The notes below the pieces were generated by a model that worked only from the letters and a program-made list of their open reading frames with translations, made no database searches and had not been told where the DNA came from. This document shows, one piece after another, positions 36,864 to 46,507 of a DNA stretch of 64,000 bases; the stretch's first letter is position 1; the number at the start of each line of letters is the position of its first letter. Where the stretch lies: the NCBI GenBank assembly GCA_023245355.1, contig JAHFKN010000003.1, forward strand, positions 57,368-121,367, given 5' to 3'. The DNA is from Candidatus Gottesmanbacteria bacterium. Lineage in GTDB: Bacteria; Patescibacteriota; Microgenomatia; UBA10105; UBA927. The position numbers and the translations under genes were made by a program.

Positions 36864-37427
36864 CTAAAACGGTATGTCGTCCGTCGGTAGTTGTGCTTTT
36901 CTTCTGGCTGCTTCTTCTTTTTGAAACGCCTCGGCACGTTCTTCCATAAGAGCAAGCAGCTCGTACTCTCTTCCTACATTAGACTGGAACCCACCACGTG
37001 ATAATTTTTGGTATGGGCTCATTTTTCCCTCGGATTTTCCGTCGATGTGTCCCCGTGAATGCCTGCCATGACGGGCAGAGCGTAGGCTTCGGCGTTCATG
37101 TTCGCGCGGAAGAAGGGTACCAACGACATCGTGCGTGAGTTCGCGATGAGGCCGCTCATGTTTTCGGGCACGGTAGGGAATTGCCCTCGTATCCTGTGAG
37201 TTTTCGCTTCGCGTCACCAAAATTTCTCCCCGTCTGGTTTGCATTGCTTTCCCAAGTAACGTATCGGCAATATTTCTGGCAAATGTTCTTCCCAAACTCA
37301 GTACGTCAGTCCACACTTCATCGTGGGTTAGATTATCTATTCCGACCTCATTTCCGTGTTCATCAAATGTCCGTTGATCAACGGAGGTATCTGGCCGCAG
37401 GTATTTTCGTTCAGGAGCACCTTTCAT
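36864..37427 (-). CDS. Hypothetical protein (Arg/His-rich low-complexity centre)
   Basis: 187-aa ORF. No recognisable domain. Coding status uncertain. Confidence 0.2.
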   Translation of the reverse strand: MKGAPERKYLRPDTSVDQRTFDEHGNEVGIDNLTHDEVWTDVLSLGRTFARNIADTLLGKAMQTRRGEILVTRSENSQDTRAIPYRARKHERPHRELTHDVVGTLLPREHERRSLRSARHGRHSRGHIDGKSEGKMSPYQKLSRGGFQSNVGREYELLALMEERAEAFQKEEAARRKAQLPTDDIPF

Positions 37428-37492
37428 ACCTATTATTATATCCCAGGAAAGCCAGTATGACGCGTTTTCCGATGTGGTAGAATGACTTCATC

Positions 37493-38548
37493 ATGTTCGA
37501 CTGGATATTTAGTCTGCTTTCACACGATCTTGGTATTGATTTAGGAACCGCAAATACGCTCGTGTATGTGAAAAACAAAGGCATTATGATCCGCGAACCG
37601 TCCGTTGTAGCCCGGCACAGGAAAACAAAGCGTATTATTGCAATAGGCCGGGAAGCAAAGCACATGCTGGGGCGCACTCCCGATACGATCGAAGCACTGC
37701 GTCCGCTCAAAGACGGCGTGATTGCGGATTTCGACGCGACGGCAGCAATGCTGACTCACTATATCCGGCTGGTACACATGCAGCCCAAACGTCCGGGATT
37801 TCCGAGCATACCCAAACCGAAAGTCGTGGTCGGTATTCCGTCCGGAGTCACGGAAGTCGAACGCAGGGCAGCCGCAGAGGCGGCTATTATGGCGGGCGCC
37901 CGCGAGGCATATCTTATAGAAGAGCCTATGGCAGCAGCCATAGGAGCAGGACTTCCCATTCAGGAAAGCCGGGGGAGCTTTATCTGCGATATCGGCGGGG
38001 GGACGACCGAAATTGCCGTCTTGTCATTGGGTGGAATTGTCGTCAACCGCAGTATCCGCACGGCCGGAGACGAAATGGATGAAGCCATCGTGTCGTTTGT
38101 ACGTCTGAAACATTCGTTACTGATTGGGGAACCTACTGCGGAAGAGGTAAAAATTGCCGTCGGAAGCGCATACCCTATCGATAAAACGGACAAACAGACT
38201 GTCGTTCGCGGACGCGATATAGAAACAGGTCTTCCCCGGAGTGTCCGGCTGTCGGAAACGGAGGTGCGTGAAGCAGTATCCCCGGTTGTCCATGAGATCG
38301 TTGAGGCGGTTGCAGAGACGATAGAAGAAACGCCGCCCGAGCTTATCGGAGATATTATGGAACATGGTATTGTGCTGGCAGGCGGCGGCAGTAAACTCGT
38401 GGGTATTGATAAGCTCATCGCGACGGAACTCAAGATGCCGGTGTGGATTACGGACGATCCGCAGACCGCTGTAGTCCGCGGGTGCGGAAAGCTGCTGGAC
38501 GACGAAGTATTGTTGTCCAAAGTAAAGATTGCCGCCCGTAAAGTATAA
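37493..38548 (+). CDS. mreB: Rod shape-determining protein MreB
   Basis: IGIDLGTANTLVYV phosphate-1 motif, DIGGGTTEIAV and GIVLAGGG actin-fold motifs. 351 aa. Confidence 0.85.
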   Translation: MFDWIFSLLSHDLGIDLGTANTLVYVKNKGIMIREPSVVARHRKTKRIIAIGREAKHMLGRTPDTIEALRPLKDGVIADFDATAAMLTHYIRLVHMQPKRPGFPSIPKPKVVVGIPSGVTEVERRAAAEAAIMAGAREAYLIEEPMAAAIGAGLPIQESRGSFICDIGGGTTEIAVLSLGGIVVNRSIRTAGDEMDEAIVSFVRLKHSLLIGEPTAEEVKIAVGSAYPIDKTDKQTVVRGRDIETGLPRSVRLSETEVREAVSPVVHEIVEAVAETIEETPPELIGDIMEHGIVLAGGGSKLVGIDKLIATELKMPVWITDDPQTAVVRGCGKLLDDEVLLSKVKIAARKV

Positions 38549-38556
38549 TAGAAGTC

Positions 38557-39123
38557 ATGCGACTTGCCTCATTCATTTCCCAGCTCACCGAACCTATGGT
38601 TTTGGTCACGGCACTTGTTGTGTCGGGCGCCTGGCAGCGCGGTTTACGGGGAATCCCGTTTGTTTCATTCGTGATGTATGTCGGTCTCTTTTTTTTGGCG
38701 TCACTCGGACTGCGTATCTTTGCGGTACGCAGACTCAAAACGAACTGGGATATATCCGACCGGGAAAAACGGGTGAAATCACTGGTGCCGTTTGTGGGAA
38801 TTTGTGCCGTATTTTTCTTGTGTATGCTCTTCTGGCGTAACGGCGGACTTATACAATTCGGGATGACACTTATTCTTTGGATGGTGGGATTTGTTCTGAT
38901 TACCCTGCGGACAAAAATATCCGGCCATCTTGCCATTCTCACCCTGACTTTGGGATACGCCGCTTCGTGGTACGGGTACATGGTTCTTCCGGCATTTGGC
39001 ATTCTGCCGTTTGTCGCCTGGTCGCGGTTGGTTCTTAAGCGGCATACGATGATAGAAGTAATCGGGGGCATTATGTATTCACTTGCGTTTCTCATGCTCA
39101 TCCGTTTTGCGGGGTGGGCGTAG
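38557..39123 (+). CDS. Polytopic membrane protein between mreB and PBP2 (MreD-position; weak PAP2-like motifs)
   Basis: 188 aa, 5-6 TM. KISGHLAI and SRLVLKRHTMIEV loosely resemble PAP2 motifs 2 and 3. Occupies the place of mreC/mreD. Confidence 0.3.
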   Translation: MRLASFISQLTEPMVLVTALVVSGAWQRGLRGIPFVSFVMYVGLFFLASLGLRIFAVRRLKTNWDISDREKRVKSLVPFVGICAVFFLCMLFWRNGGLIQFGMTLILWMVGFVLITLRTKISGHLAILTLTLGYAASWYGYMVLPAFGILPFVAWSRLVLKRHTMIEVIGGIMYSLAFLMLIRFAGWA

Positions 39124-41009
39124 TATCCCGTATGGTCAAACTTGGAAGTGCATTCTCCGACAATCTTGTTTCGTCGCATAAAGTCCGGTCCAAACAAAAG
39201 CCGGATGAACTGCCGTGGTGGGCAGGGGCCGGGCGCGCGCTTATGTTTGCCACGGTATTATGTGTCGGTTTTTTTGTACTCATTTGGCGGTTGTTCGATC
39301 TGACATTGGTACACGGCAGGGAATACCGTCAGCTTTCGGACAATAACCGTACGCGGGATGTCGTCCGGCATGCGCCCCGCGGCATACTGCTGGACCGCAC
39401 CGGCAAACCGCTCGTGCGCAATATTCCGCAGTACCGGCTTATCAAACCCTGCGGCGCGGAATCTATCGGCGAGTGTGTTTCGTTCCTCACTCAGGACGAA
39501 GGGGACCGCCTTATGCGGTCAGGAGGGTTACCCGCCGGCCAGTTTGTAGAAGTCGATTATGTCAGGCGGTATCTGTACGGAGAGGCGACCGCGCATGTGG
39601 TCGGGTACACGGGAGAATTATCACAAGAAGAACTGTCGAGTGATTATTATAAATCGCGAAATTACGGACTGGGAGACCGGGTAGGACGCATGGGAGCGGA
39701 AGAAGTGTATAACGAACGGCTGCGGGGAAGAGACGGCAAGGAATTAGTAGAAATTGACTCAACCGGAAAAATCCTGAGAACATTGGGACGTCAGGAAGAA
39801 TTGGCGGGTGAAAATATTTCTCTGGCATTGGACGGAGCACTTGCAAAAGCTGCTGCCGACGCATTTCCCCCGGGTCACAAAGGTGCCATTATCGTGACGA
39901 AGCCTTCAAGCGGTGAAGTGCTTGCCATGTACTCCAGTCCCGGATTTTCTCCTGATGCATTTACCGTCGGGATGTCGCAGGCAGAATATGCAGCCCTCAT
40001 CAGCAACCCGGATTTGCCTATGTTTAACCGTGCGATAGGCGGCTCATATCCTCCCGGTTCGACATTTAAAATCGTGACGTCGCTGGCCGGATTGGAAGAA
40101 GGAGCAATTACCAAATCAACGACGGTAGAGGATAACGGCGTCATTACGATCGGTCCGTTTACGTTTCCGAACTGGTATTTTCTCCAATACGGGAAAACGG
40201 AAGGAATCGTGAATGTCGTGAAAGCGCTGCAGCGGAGTAATGATATCTTTTTTTACAAAGCGGGTGAATGGATAGGTGTTACCAAACTTGCCCAGTGGGC
40301 CAGGAAGGTCGGTATCGGGGCGCCTCTTGGTATCGAATTGTCCGGTGAAGCAGGCGGACTTATGCCTGATCCGGCGTGGAAAAAAATACGGTTTGCAACG
40401 GAAGCGGACAAAATAGCCCGCAATGACGAATGGTATTTGGGAGATACGTATCATATTTCCATCGGGCAGGGATATTTACTGACAACGCCGCTTGCGGTCA
40501 ACACATGGACCAATATCATTGCAAACGGCGGTAAGCTGTGCAGGCCGACAATCCGCAAAATTACCAGTCTGCGTGAAGAGCGGGAACAATGTAAGGATCT
40601 GGGGCTGAAAAAAGAGTCAATCAATATCATTATGGAGGGTATGGAAAAGGCCTGCGCTACGGGAGGCACCGGGTGGCCGTTATTTAATTTTGCCGTCAGT
40701 AAAGCGACGGGAACGCCCGCAGATGTTCAGGAGTCCTCACCGTCGGCCGCCGTAAAGGTACAGATTCCGGTGGCATGCAAAACCGGTACAGCTGAATTCG
40801 GCGATCCCAAGAACCGCACGCATGCATGGTTTACGGCATTTGCACCGATTCCCGAGCAGTATATCCCCGATGACATAAAAGCAACGGAGAATTATATCGA
40901 CGGAAATCCCGAAATTTCGGTCACCGTATTGGTGGAAGGTGCGGGAGAAGGAAGCAATGTTGCGGCCCCAATTGCCAAGAAAATTTTTGAGGAATGGTTC
41001 TCAAGATAA
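39114..41009 (+). CDS. mrdA: Penicillin-binding protein 2 (class B transpeptidase)
   Basis: N-terminal TM, dimerisation domain, then SxxK (STFK), SxN (SIGQGY region) and KTGTA motifs. Confidence 0.8.
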   Translation: MGVVSRMVKLGSAFSDNLVSSHKVRSKQKPDELPWWAGAGRALMFATVLCVGFFVLIWRLFDLTLVHGREYRQLSDNNRTRDVVRHAPRGILLDRTGKPLVRNIPQYRLIKPCGAESIGECVSFLTQDEGDRLMRSGGLPAGQFVEVDYVRRYLYGEATAHVVGYTGELSQEELSSDYYKSRNYGLGDRVGRMGAEEVYNERLRGRDGKELVEIDSTGKILRTLGRQEELAGENISLALDGALAKAAADAFPPGHKGAIIVTKPSSGEVLAMYSSPGFSPDAFTVGMSQAEYAALISNPDLPMFNRAIGGSYPPGSTFKIVTSLAGLEEGAITKSTTVEDNGVITIGPFTFPNWYFLQYGKTEGIVNVVKALQRSNDIFFYKAGEWIGVTKLAQWARKVGIGAPLGIELSGEAGGLMPDPAWKKIRFATEADKIARNDEWYLGDTYHISIGQGYLLTTPLAVNTWTNIIANGGKLCRPTIRKITSLREEREQCKDLGLKKESINIIMEGMEKACATGGTGWPLFNFAVSKATGTPADVQESSPSAAVKVQIPVACKTGTAEFGDPKNRTHAWFTAFAPIPEQYIPDDIKATENYIDGNPEISVTVLVEGAGEGSNVAAPIAKKIFEEWFSR

Positions 41010-41028
41010 GCCTTGATATAATGCCATC

Positions 41029-42399
41029 ATGGCAAAAAAGCCGCGCATCATTATCATCGGCGCCGGGCCCGCCGGGTTAGGGGCTGCCTGGAGGCTTACC
41101 GAATTAGGCATCTCTGATTTTACCGTCTATGAAAAGCAGGGGTATGCCGGAGGGCTTGCTACCTCATTTACGGACGACGCGGGATTCACCTGGGATATCG
41201 GCGGGCACGTCCTCCATTCGCATTATCCGTATTTTGACCGGATGTTTGAGTCGGTCATGACCAGCGAGTATTTCACACACCAGCGCGAGAGCTGGGTGTG
41301 GATCTACGATCGGTTCGTGCCGTACCCGTTCCAAAACAACATTCACCGTCTCCCTCCGAAAGCGCTCCGGGAATGCTTGCAGGGGCTGCATGAAATTTCG
41401 CAAAAAAAGCCCAAAAAACTCCGTACATTTGCGGATTGGATTACCGCATCGTTCGGGTCCGGTATCGCCAAACATTTTTTGCTTCCGTATAACCGCAAAG
41501 TGTGGGCATATCCGCCGGATAAGATGAATTACCAGTGGGTCGGTGACCGGGTGGCAACGGTGGATGTTTCCCGGATAGAGCGGAACATACAAACGCAGCG
41601 TGACGATGTTTCCTGGGGTCCGAATGCCGTGTTCCAGTTTCCGAAAAAAGGCGGCACCGGTGCTATATGGGAACGCGTTGCCGGCAGATTCCGCCGCCGC
41701 ATTGTATTTCACCGCGAGGTCATCTCGCTTAACCTGAAGAAAAAAACCATCGTGTTGTCTGACGGATCTACCGACTCGTATGACCTCCTGTTTACGACCA
41801 TGCCGCTTGACGTACTCGCCAAAAAACAAACGGATATCCCGCTTCCTGCTGCGTCCCGGTTGCATCATTCGTCCGTAACGATTGTGGGCATCGGTATAGC
41901 AGGGAATACGCCTGAAGCGCTTTCGACCAAGTGCTGGATGTATTTTCCTGAAAACAAAGCACCGTTTTTCAGGGCAACGGTATTTTCCAATTATTCCCGG
42001 TACAATGCGCCAAAAGGCGCATGGTCACTTATGACGGAAGTAGCGTCTTCCCGCTATGTGCCGCTGCCGCACGGAGATATTGCCAAAGAAGTGCTGGCGG
42101 GAGCCCGGAGCGTAAAACTCATTCCGAAAGGCGCCTCGATAGAAGATCTCTGGACATTCCGTTCGGAATACGGGTATCCGACCCCGACGCTGTTGCGGGA
42201 CAAATATCTTTCAGGCGTATTGCCTGTATTAGAACAATTCGGTGTGTATTCCCGCGGCCGGTTCGGCGCGTGGAAGTATGAAGTGAGCAACCAGGACCAT
42301 ACGTTTATGCAGGGGGTGGAGTGGGTAAATCATATCCTGAATAAAGAGGAAGAAATTACCCTGCATAATCCCGGGAAAGTAAACGGGGGAAAACGATGA
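41029..42399 (+). CDS. FAD-dependent oxidoreductase (amine-oxidase / UDP-galactopyranose-mutase-like)
   Basis: IIIIGAGPAGLGAA dinucleotide-binding motif and GGLATSF...DIGGHVLHSH resembling the Glf/amine oxidase N-terminus. Confidence 0.5.
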   Translation: MAKKPRIIIIGAGPAGLGAAWRLTELGISDFTVYEKQGYAGGLATSFTDDAGFTWDIGGHVLHSHYPYFDRMFESVMTSEYFTHQRESWVWIYDRFVPYPFQNNIHRLPPKALRECLQGLHEISQKKPKKLRTFADWITASFGSGIAKHFLLPYNRKVWAYPPDKMNYQWVGDRVATVDVSRIERNIQTQRDDVSWGPNAVFQFPKKGGTGAIWERVAGRFRRRIVFHREVISLNLKKKTIVLSDGSTDSYDLLFTTMPLDVLAKKQTDIPLPAASRLHHSSVTIVGIGIAGNTPEALSTKCWMYFPENKAPFFRATVFSNYSRYNAPKGAWSLMTEVASSRYVPLPHGDIAKEVLAGARSVKLIPKGASIEDLWTFRSEYGYPTPTLLRDKYLSGVLPVLEQFGVYSRGRFGAWKYEVSNQDHTFMQGVEWVNHILNKEEEITLHNPGKVNGGKR

Positions 42400-43565
42400 A
42401 TATTTTAGTCATTACCGCAACATATCCGCCGAGTGCTAACGGGGTTGCCGTGTCGACAAAGCGTACGGTGACGGCGCTGAGGAAATTAGGGCATAGGGTG
42501 GTGGTGTACGGGCCGAAGCGTTCAGGAATACCTGAAGAACAGGATTATATCGCGGCCCCGACTATCAGGATTCCGCTGCTGGGGATATCCGATTATCCGA
42601 TTGCGATTCCGCATCCCGTAGCTGTATTGTGCGCGCTATTGCCGGATATCCGATGGGATATTATTCATGTACATCATCCGGTTATTGCCGGCCCGTTTGC
42701 AGTCCGCATGGGTAAAAAACTCGGCGTCCCCGTCGTATTTACCTATCACACACGGTATGACCAATATATCGAACATTTCCTGGGGGCACCGCTGTATTTC
42801 CGGCGGTGGTTATATCGATGGCTGTATGAAGGCGGTCTGGTGAGTATCATACGGTCGTTTGACGGTGTTATTGCAACGACCCGGTGGCTCAAAACGATGC
42901 TCACTAAAACCATACCCGGTCTCCGGGTGTATTACGCGTCCACCGCAGGTCTGACAAAATCCTTTTTCGTACGGCGTTCCAAGCAAACACTCCGCCGTAC
43001 GCTCGGGTTATCGGAAGCGGAACCGGTGTTTTTGAGTGTTTCCCGTTTGTCCAAAGAAAAACGAACCGATATTTTACTGCGCGGTTTTTTGCACTGGGCA
43101 GATACGCATGATCAGGGGATTCTCGTCATGGTCGGCGACGGGGGTAACAGATCATATCTGGAATCCCTCTCGCGCGCGTCGGTTCATCATGCGCGCGTGC
43201 GTTTCGTCGGGAAAATTCTGAATGATGATTTGCCGCAGTGGTATAGCTGTGCCGATATATTTTTGTACAGTTCAATTACCGACACGATCGGCATAAATAT
43301 TCTCGAAGCCATGTCAGCCGGTTTGCCGGTAGTCGCGCCCGATCATCTGACCACGCGGGAAATTATAGTTCCCGGGGCCAACGGGCAGTTGTATAAAGGA
43401 AACGAGTCCGGCATGGCAAAGGCAATAGATACCGCATTACGCTACAGGAACAGGCTTGCCCGCGGTGCGTTCCACACTGCAAAAGGCTATGATGTCATGA
43501 TTACAATCAGACAATTATTGGGTATTTATGAAACACTCATCCGCCAATACAAACGTCATACATAG
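42396..43565 (+). CDS. Glycosyltransferase family 4 (GT-B)
   Basis: ILEAMSAGLPVVAPD (E-x7-E region) and N-terminal ITATYPPSANGVAV typical of GT4. Confidence 0.65.
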   Translation: MNILVITATYPPSANGVAVSTKRTVTALRKLGHRVVVYGPKRSGIPEEQDYIAAPTIRIPLLGISDYPIAIPHPVAVLCALLPDIRWDIIHVHHPVIAGPFAVRMGKKLGVPVVFTYHTRYDQYIEHFLGAPLYFRRWLYRWLYEGGLVSIIRSFDGVIATTRWLKTMLTKTIPGLRVYYASTAGLTKSFFVRRSKQTLRRTLGLSEAEPVFLSVSRLSKEKRTDILLRGFLHWADTHDQGILVMVGDGGNRSYLESLSRASVHHARVRFVGKILNDDLPQWYSCADIFLYSSITDTIGINILEAMSAGLPVVAPDHLTTREIIVPGANGQLYKGNESGMAKAIDTALRYRNRLARGAFHTAKGYDVMITIRQLLGIYETLIRQYKRHT

Positions 43566-44691
43566 TGCCCGCGATATGGCGCGGCAATCGCTTCTTGCCT
43601 GTGTTTCTGATATCGGGATTACCGCAGGGACGCATCATTTTGTGGATCTATGGGCGCGCGACAGTTTGTTTGCCACGTTCGGCGTAAACGTACTGGGGCT
43701 CCCTGATATATCCAAAAAAACAATGGAAACATTTTTGCGTTTCCAGCGGCCGGACGGGTTGGTCCCGTATCTGGTGTTACGGAGCCGCCACACGATCGGA
43801 AAATATTTCGGACGTCATGCGTATTACGAAACTCCCGTTGCTCATTTCCGCTCACATATGTCTTTCGGTATCGTACCGGACGGCGGCATATTGGTAATTA
43901 TTGCAGCCGCGCAGTATGCAGAAAAATCCGGCGATGTACGGTTTCTGAAGAACCAGTATAAGCGGCTTGTTTCTGCATTTGCCTGGTATGAAGCGCGTTT
44001 TGGGAACGGACTGGTCAGGGAATGGTTCCAGTGCGAATGGGCCGATGCGTTGCTTAAATCCGGGAAAACACTGTATACCAACATATTGTATTTTCGGGCA
44101 GCCACGGATATGTCTTCTATAGCGAAACGTCTGGGAAAATTACGGGATGCCGCGCGTTTTGCCGCGCGTGCAGCAGAGGTGCGCACGCGTGTCGTATCCG
44201 AGTTATGGACGGGAGAGTTTTTTGCAGATTGGAAAGACTGGAAACGACAGGATTATTTCGCCACGCACCCTAACATGCTCGCAATTATTTTCGGTTTAGC
44301 GACTGGGCATCAGGCAGAGATGATCCTCCATACGGCGAAAACCCGGGTTTGGAACGGCTGGACGGCAGAAAACAACGCGCCGAAATATCCGTTCTGGCGG
44401 GTGCCGATTTTTCATACTGCTATCGGTATGCACGACTATCATAACGGGTTACTCTGGCTTCAACCGGGAATTCTTTATGCAGTTGCGCTGCATACTCGTG
44501 GGCATATAAAAGAAGCAAAAGCCGTGTTGACAGGCATAGCGGAAAAAATTGTTTCTTCCGGCGGTGCGCACGAGGTGTATGAGCAAAACGGTCATCCTGT
44601 ACGGCGCACGGTATACCGGTCTGAACATCCGTTTGCATGGAGTGCCGGGCTTTTTGTATGGGCATCGCATATACTAATGAAGGAACTATGA
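43528..44691 (+). CDS. (alpha/alpha)6-barrel glycoside hydrolase-like protein (GDE_C / GH63-like)
   Basis: HFVDLWARDSLFATFG and an aromatic-rich barrel pattern. Assignment tentative. Confidence 0.4.
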   Translation: MKHSSANTNVIHSARDMARQSLLACVSDIGITAGTHHFVDLWARDSLFATFGVNVLGLPDISKKTMETFLRFQRPDGLVPYLVLRSRHTIGKYFGRHAYYETPVAHFRSHMSFGIVPDGGILVIIAAAQYAEKSGDVRFLKNQYKRLVSAFAWYEARFGNGLVREWFQCEWADALLKSGKTLYTNILYFRAATDMSSIAKRLGKLRDAARFAARAAEVRTRVVSELWTGEFFADWKDWKRQDYFATHPNMLAIIFGLATGHQAEMILHTAKTRVWNGWTAENNAPKYPFWRVPIFHTAIGMHDYHNGLLWLQPGILYAVALHTRGHIKEAKAVLTGIAEKIVSSGGAHEVYEQNGHPVRRTVYRSEHPFAWSAGLFVWASHILMKEL

Positions 44692-45404
44692 AATCATCCA
44701 TATCGGTTATTATCGCGGCATACAATGAAGAACGTACGCTCTCTTCCATTGTCGAGATCGTCCTTGCCTGGGGAAAAGCAAAAGAGATCATCATTGTAGA
44801 TGACGGTTCTACAGATCAAACCACCAAGAGTGTCAGACAATTCGTGCCCAGGATACATCTAATTCGCCACACACAAAATTCCGGAAAAGCTTCCGCAATG
44901 GCAGACGGGATAAGGAAATGCAGCGGGGATGTAATTGTTTTTTTGGATGCTGATACGGTCGGGTTAACCCACAGAGATTTGGATCGTATGGCAGATCCGG
45001 TGGTTTCCGGTGCTGCCGATATGGTATTGGGAGCGGCCAGATTCTGGTCGGCGGGAAAATTTGAACCGTTTAACAACCTCACCGGTCAGCGGGTACTCCG
45101 CCGTGAAACTGTCGTTCCCGTACTCGAAAAAATACAGCATCTCGGATACGGCATCGAGCTTTTTCTTAATAAGCTCTATGACGGGAAACGGGTTGTTACC
45201 GTGCGGTTGCCTCATGTATTTATATTGGGGAAACTGGAAAAACAATCGCTGCCTGATGCGCTGTTATCGTACGTGAAGGAAATCCGAGAATTATTGTCCC
45301 AATTGGTCACCCAGTATGCGGATGAAATCGGCCCGCACGCAAAACATATTTTCCGTGAAATTATCCGGTATATCGGCCGGATGCTCGATGCGCTTACCGC
45401 ATAA
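44688..45404 (+). CDS. Glycosyltransferase family 2 (dolichyl-phosphate mannosyltransferase-like)
   Basis: ISVIIAAYNEE, IIVDDGSTDQT and VFLDADTV (DxD) motifs. Confidence 0.6.
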   Translation: MKSSISVIIAAYNEERTLSSIVEIVLAWGKAKEIIIVDDGSTDQTTKSVRQFVPRIHLIRHTQNSGKASAMADGIRKCSGDVIVFLDADTVGLTHRDLDRMADPVVSGAADMVLGAARFWSAGKFEPFNNLTGQRVLRRETVVPVLEKIQHLGYGIELFLNKLYDGKRVVTVRLPHVFILGKLEKQSLPDALLSYVKEIRELLSQLVTQYADEIGPHAKHIFREIIRYIGRMLDALTA

Positions 45405-45406
45405 CT

Positions 45407-46507
45407 ATGGATGCCGATCTGCCCTATATGGTGGGGTTTAGCAGATTTCCCGGTATTGGTCCGGCCCGGTTTAAACTCCTCTATGATTATTTCGGGTCTG
45501 CGAAGACCGCATGGGGAGCATCGTTATCAGAACTTCTCGGTATAAAACTCGGCAACACTCTGAGCCGTCAGTTTGTCGAATTTCGGAAAACAGCCGACGT
45601 AGACGGATATCTTAAAACGTTGGAAACGCTTCATGTAGTGCCGCTCACCATCCGTGATCCGAAGTACCCCCGGCTGCTTCGTGAAATACCGGATGCGCCG
45701 TTTGTACTCTACGTACTCGGAAAAAAGGGAAATACGCCCATAAATCTTGAGCGGACTATTGCCGTCGTCGGAACGCGCCGCATAACAGCGTACGGGAAAG
45801 AAGTGACACAGCATCTGGTGCGGGGTCTGGTAAAAAACGGAATCACCATCGTTTCCGGGATGGCCTACGGTATTGATGCCGCAGCCCATTGGAGCGCGTT
45901 GGAAGCCGGCGGAAAAACGATTGCGGTTTTGGGTTGCGGTATTGACATCATCGCTCCCGCAGGTAATGCTAGGTTGTATCAGTCGATAGCGGGCGGCGGA
46001 GGGGCGATTGTTACGGAAATGCCGCTCGGCCATCGGCCGCTCAAAGGCCTGTTTCCGGCTCGTAACCGTATTATCAGCGGGTTAAGCCTCGGAACATTGG
46101 TTGTCGAGGGGGCATCTGACAGCGGAGCCCTGATCACTGCACGGAACGCGGCTGAACAGGGGCGGGAAGTGTTTGCCGTTCCCGGTCCGATTACGAGTGT
46201 GTATAGCAAGGCTTCGGCCGGACTTATAAAAAACGGCGCAACGCTGGTTGAGTCGGCAGAAGATATTCTTTCGGCGGTAGGATTAGCGCATACGGGAAGG
46301 ACAGAAGCGGTGAAAACACCTGTGCGCGGGAGCTCTGAGGAAGAGCAAAAAATATTGGATTTGTTGGTATCAGGACGGTTGCCGATTGATGATATTGTGA
46401 GGGGGTCAGGCTTGACCGCCGGAAAGGTCGCTGCTATCCTTACCGTTCTTGAAATCAGGGGATCGGTCAGGGATTACGGGGAAAAACTATACGGTCTATG
46501 CAATTAA
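45407..46507 (+). CDS. dprA: DNA processing protein DprA (Smf)
   Basis: Rossmann-like DprA core VSGMAYGIDAAAH...GGGAIVTE...GALITAR. Classic pairing upstream of topA. Confidence 0.75.
   Translation: MDADLPYMVGFSRFPGIGPARFKLLYDYFGSAKTAWGASLSELLGIKLGNTLSRQFVEFRKTADVDGYLKTLETLHVVPLTIRDPKYPRLLREIPDAPFVLYVLGKKGNTPINLERTIAVVGTRRITAYGKEVTQHLVRGLVKNGITIVSGMAYGIDAAAHWSALEAGGKTIAVLGCGIDIIAPAGNARLYQSIAGGGGAIVTEMPLGHRPLKGLFPARNRIISGLSLGTLVVEGASDSGALITARNAAEQGREVFAVPGPITSVYSKASAGLIKNGATLVESAEDILSAVGLAHTGRTEAVKTPVRGSSEEEQKILDLLVSGRLPIDDIVRGSGLTAGKVAAILTVLEIRGSVRDYGEKLYGLCN

Noticed and set aside
37960-38520. 186-aa minus-strand ORF (Ser/Thr/Pro-rich)
   Set aside because: Fully antisense to the well-supported mreB gene.
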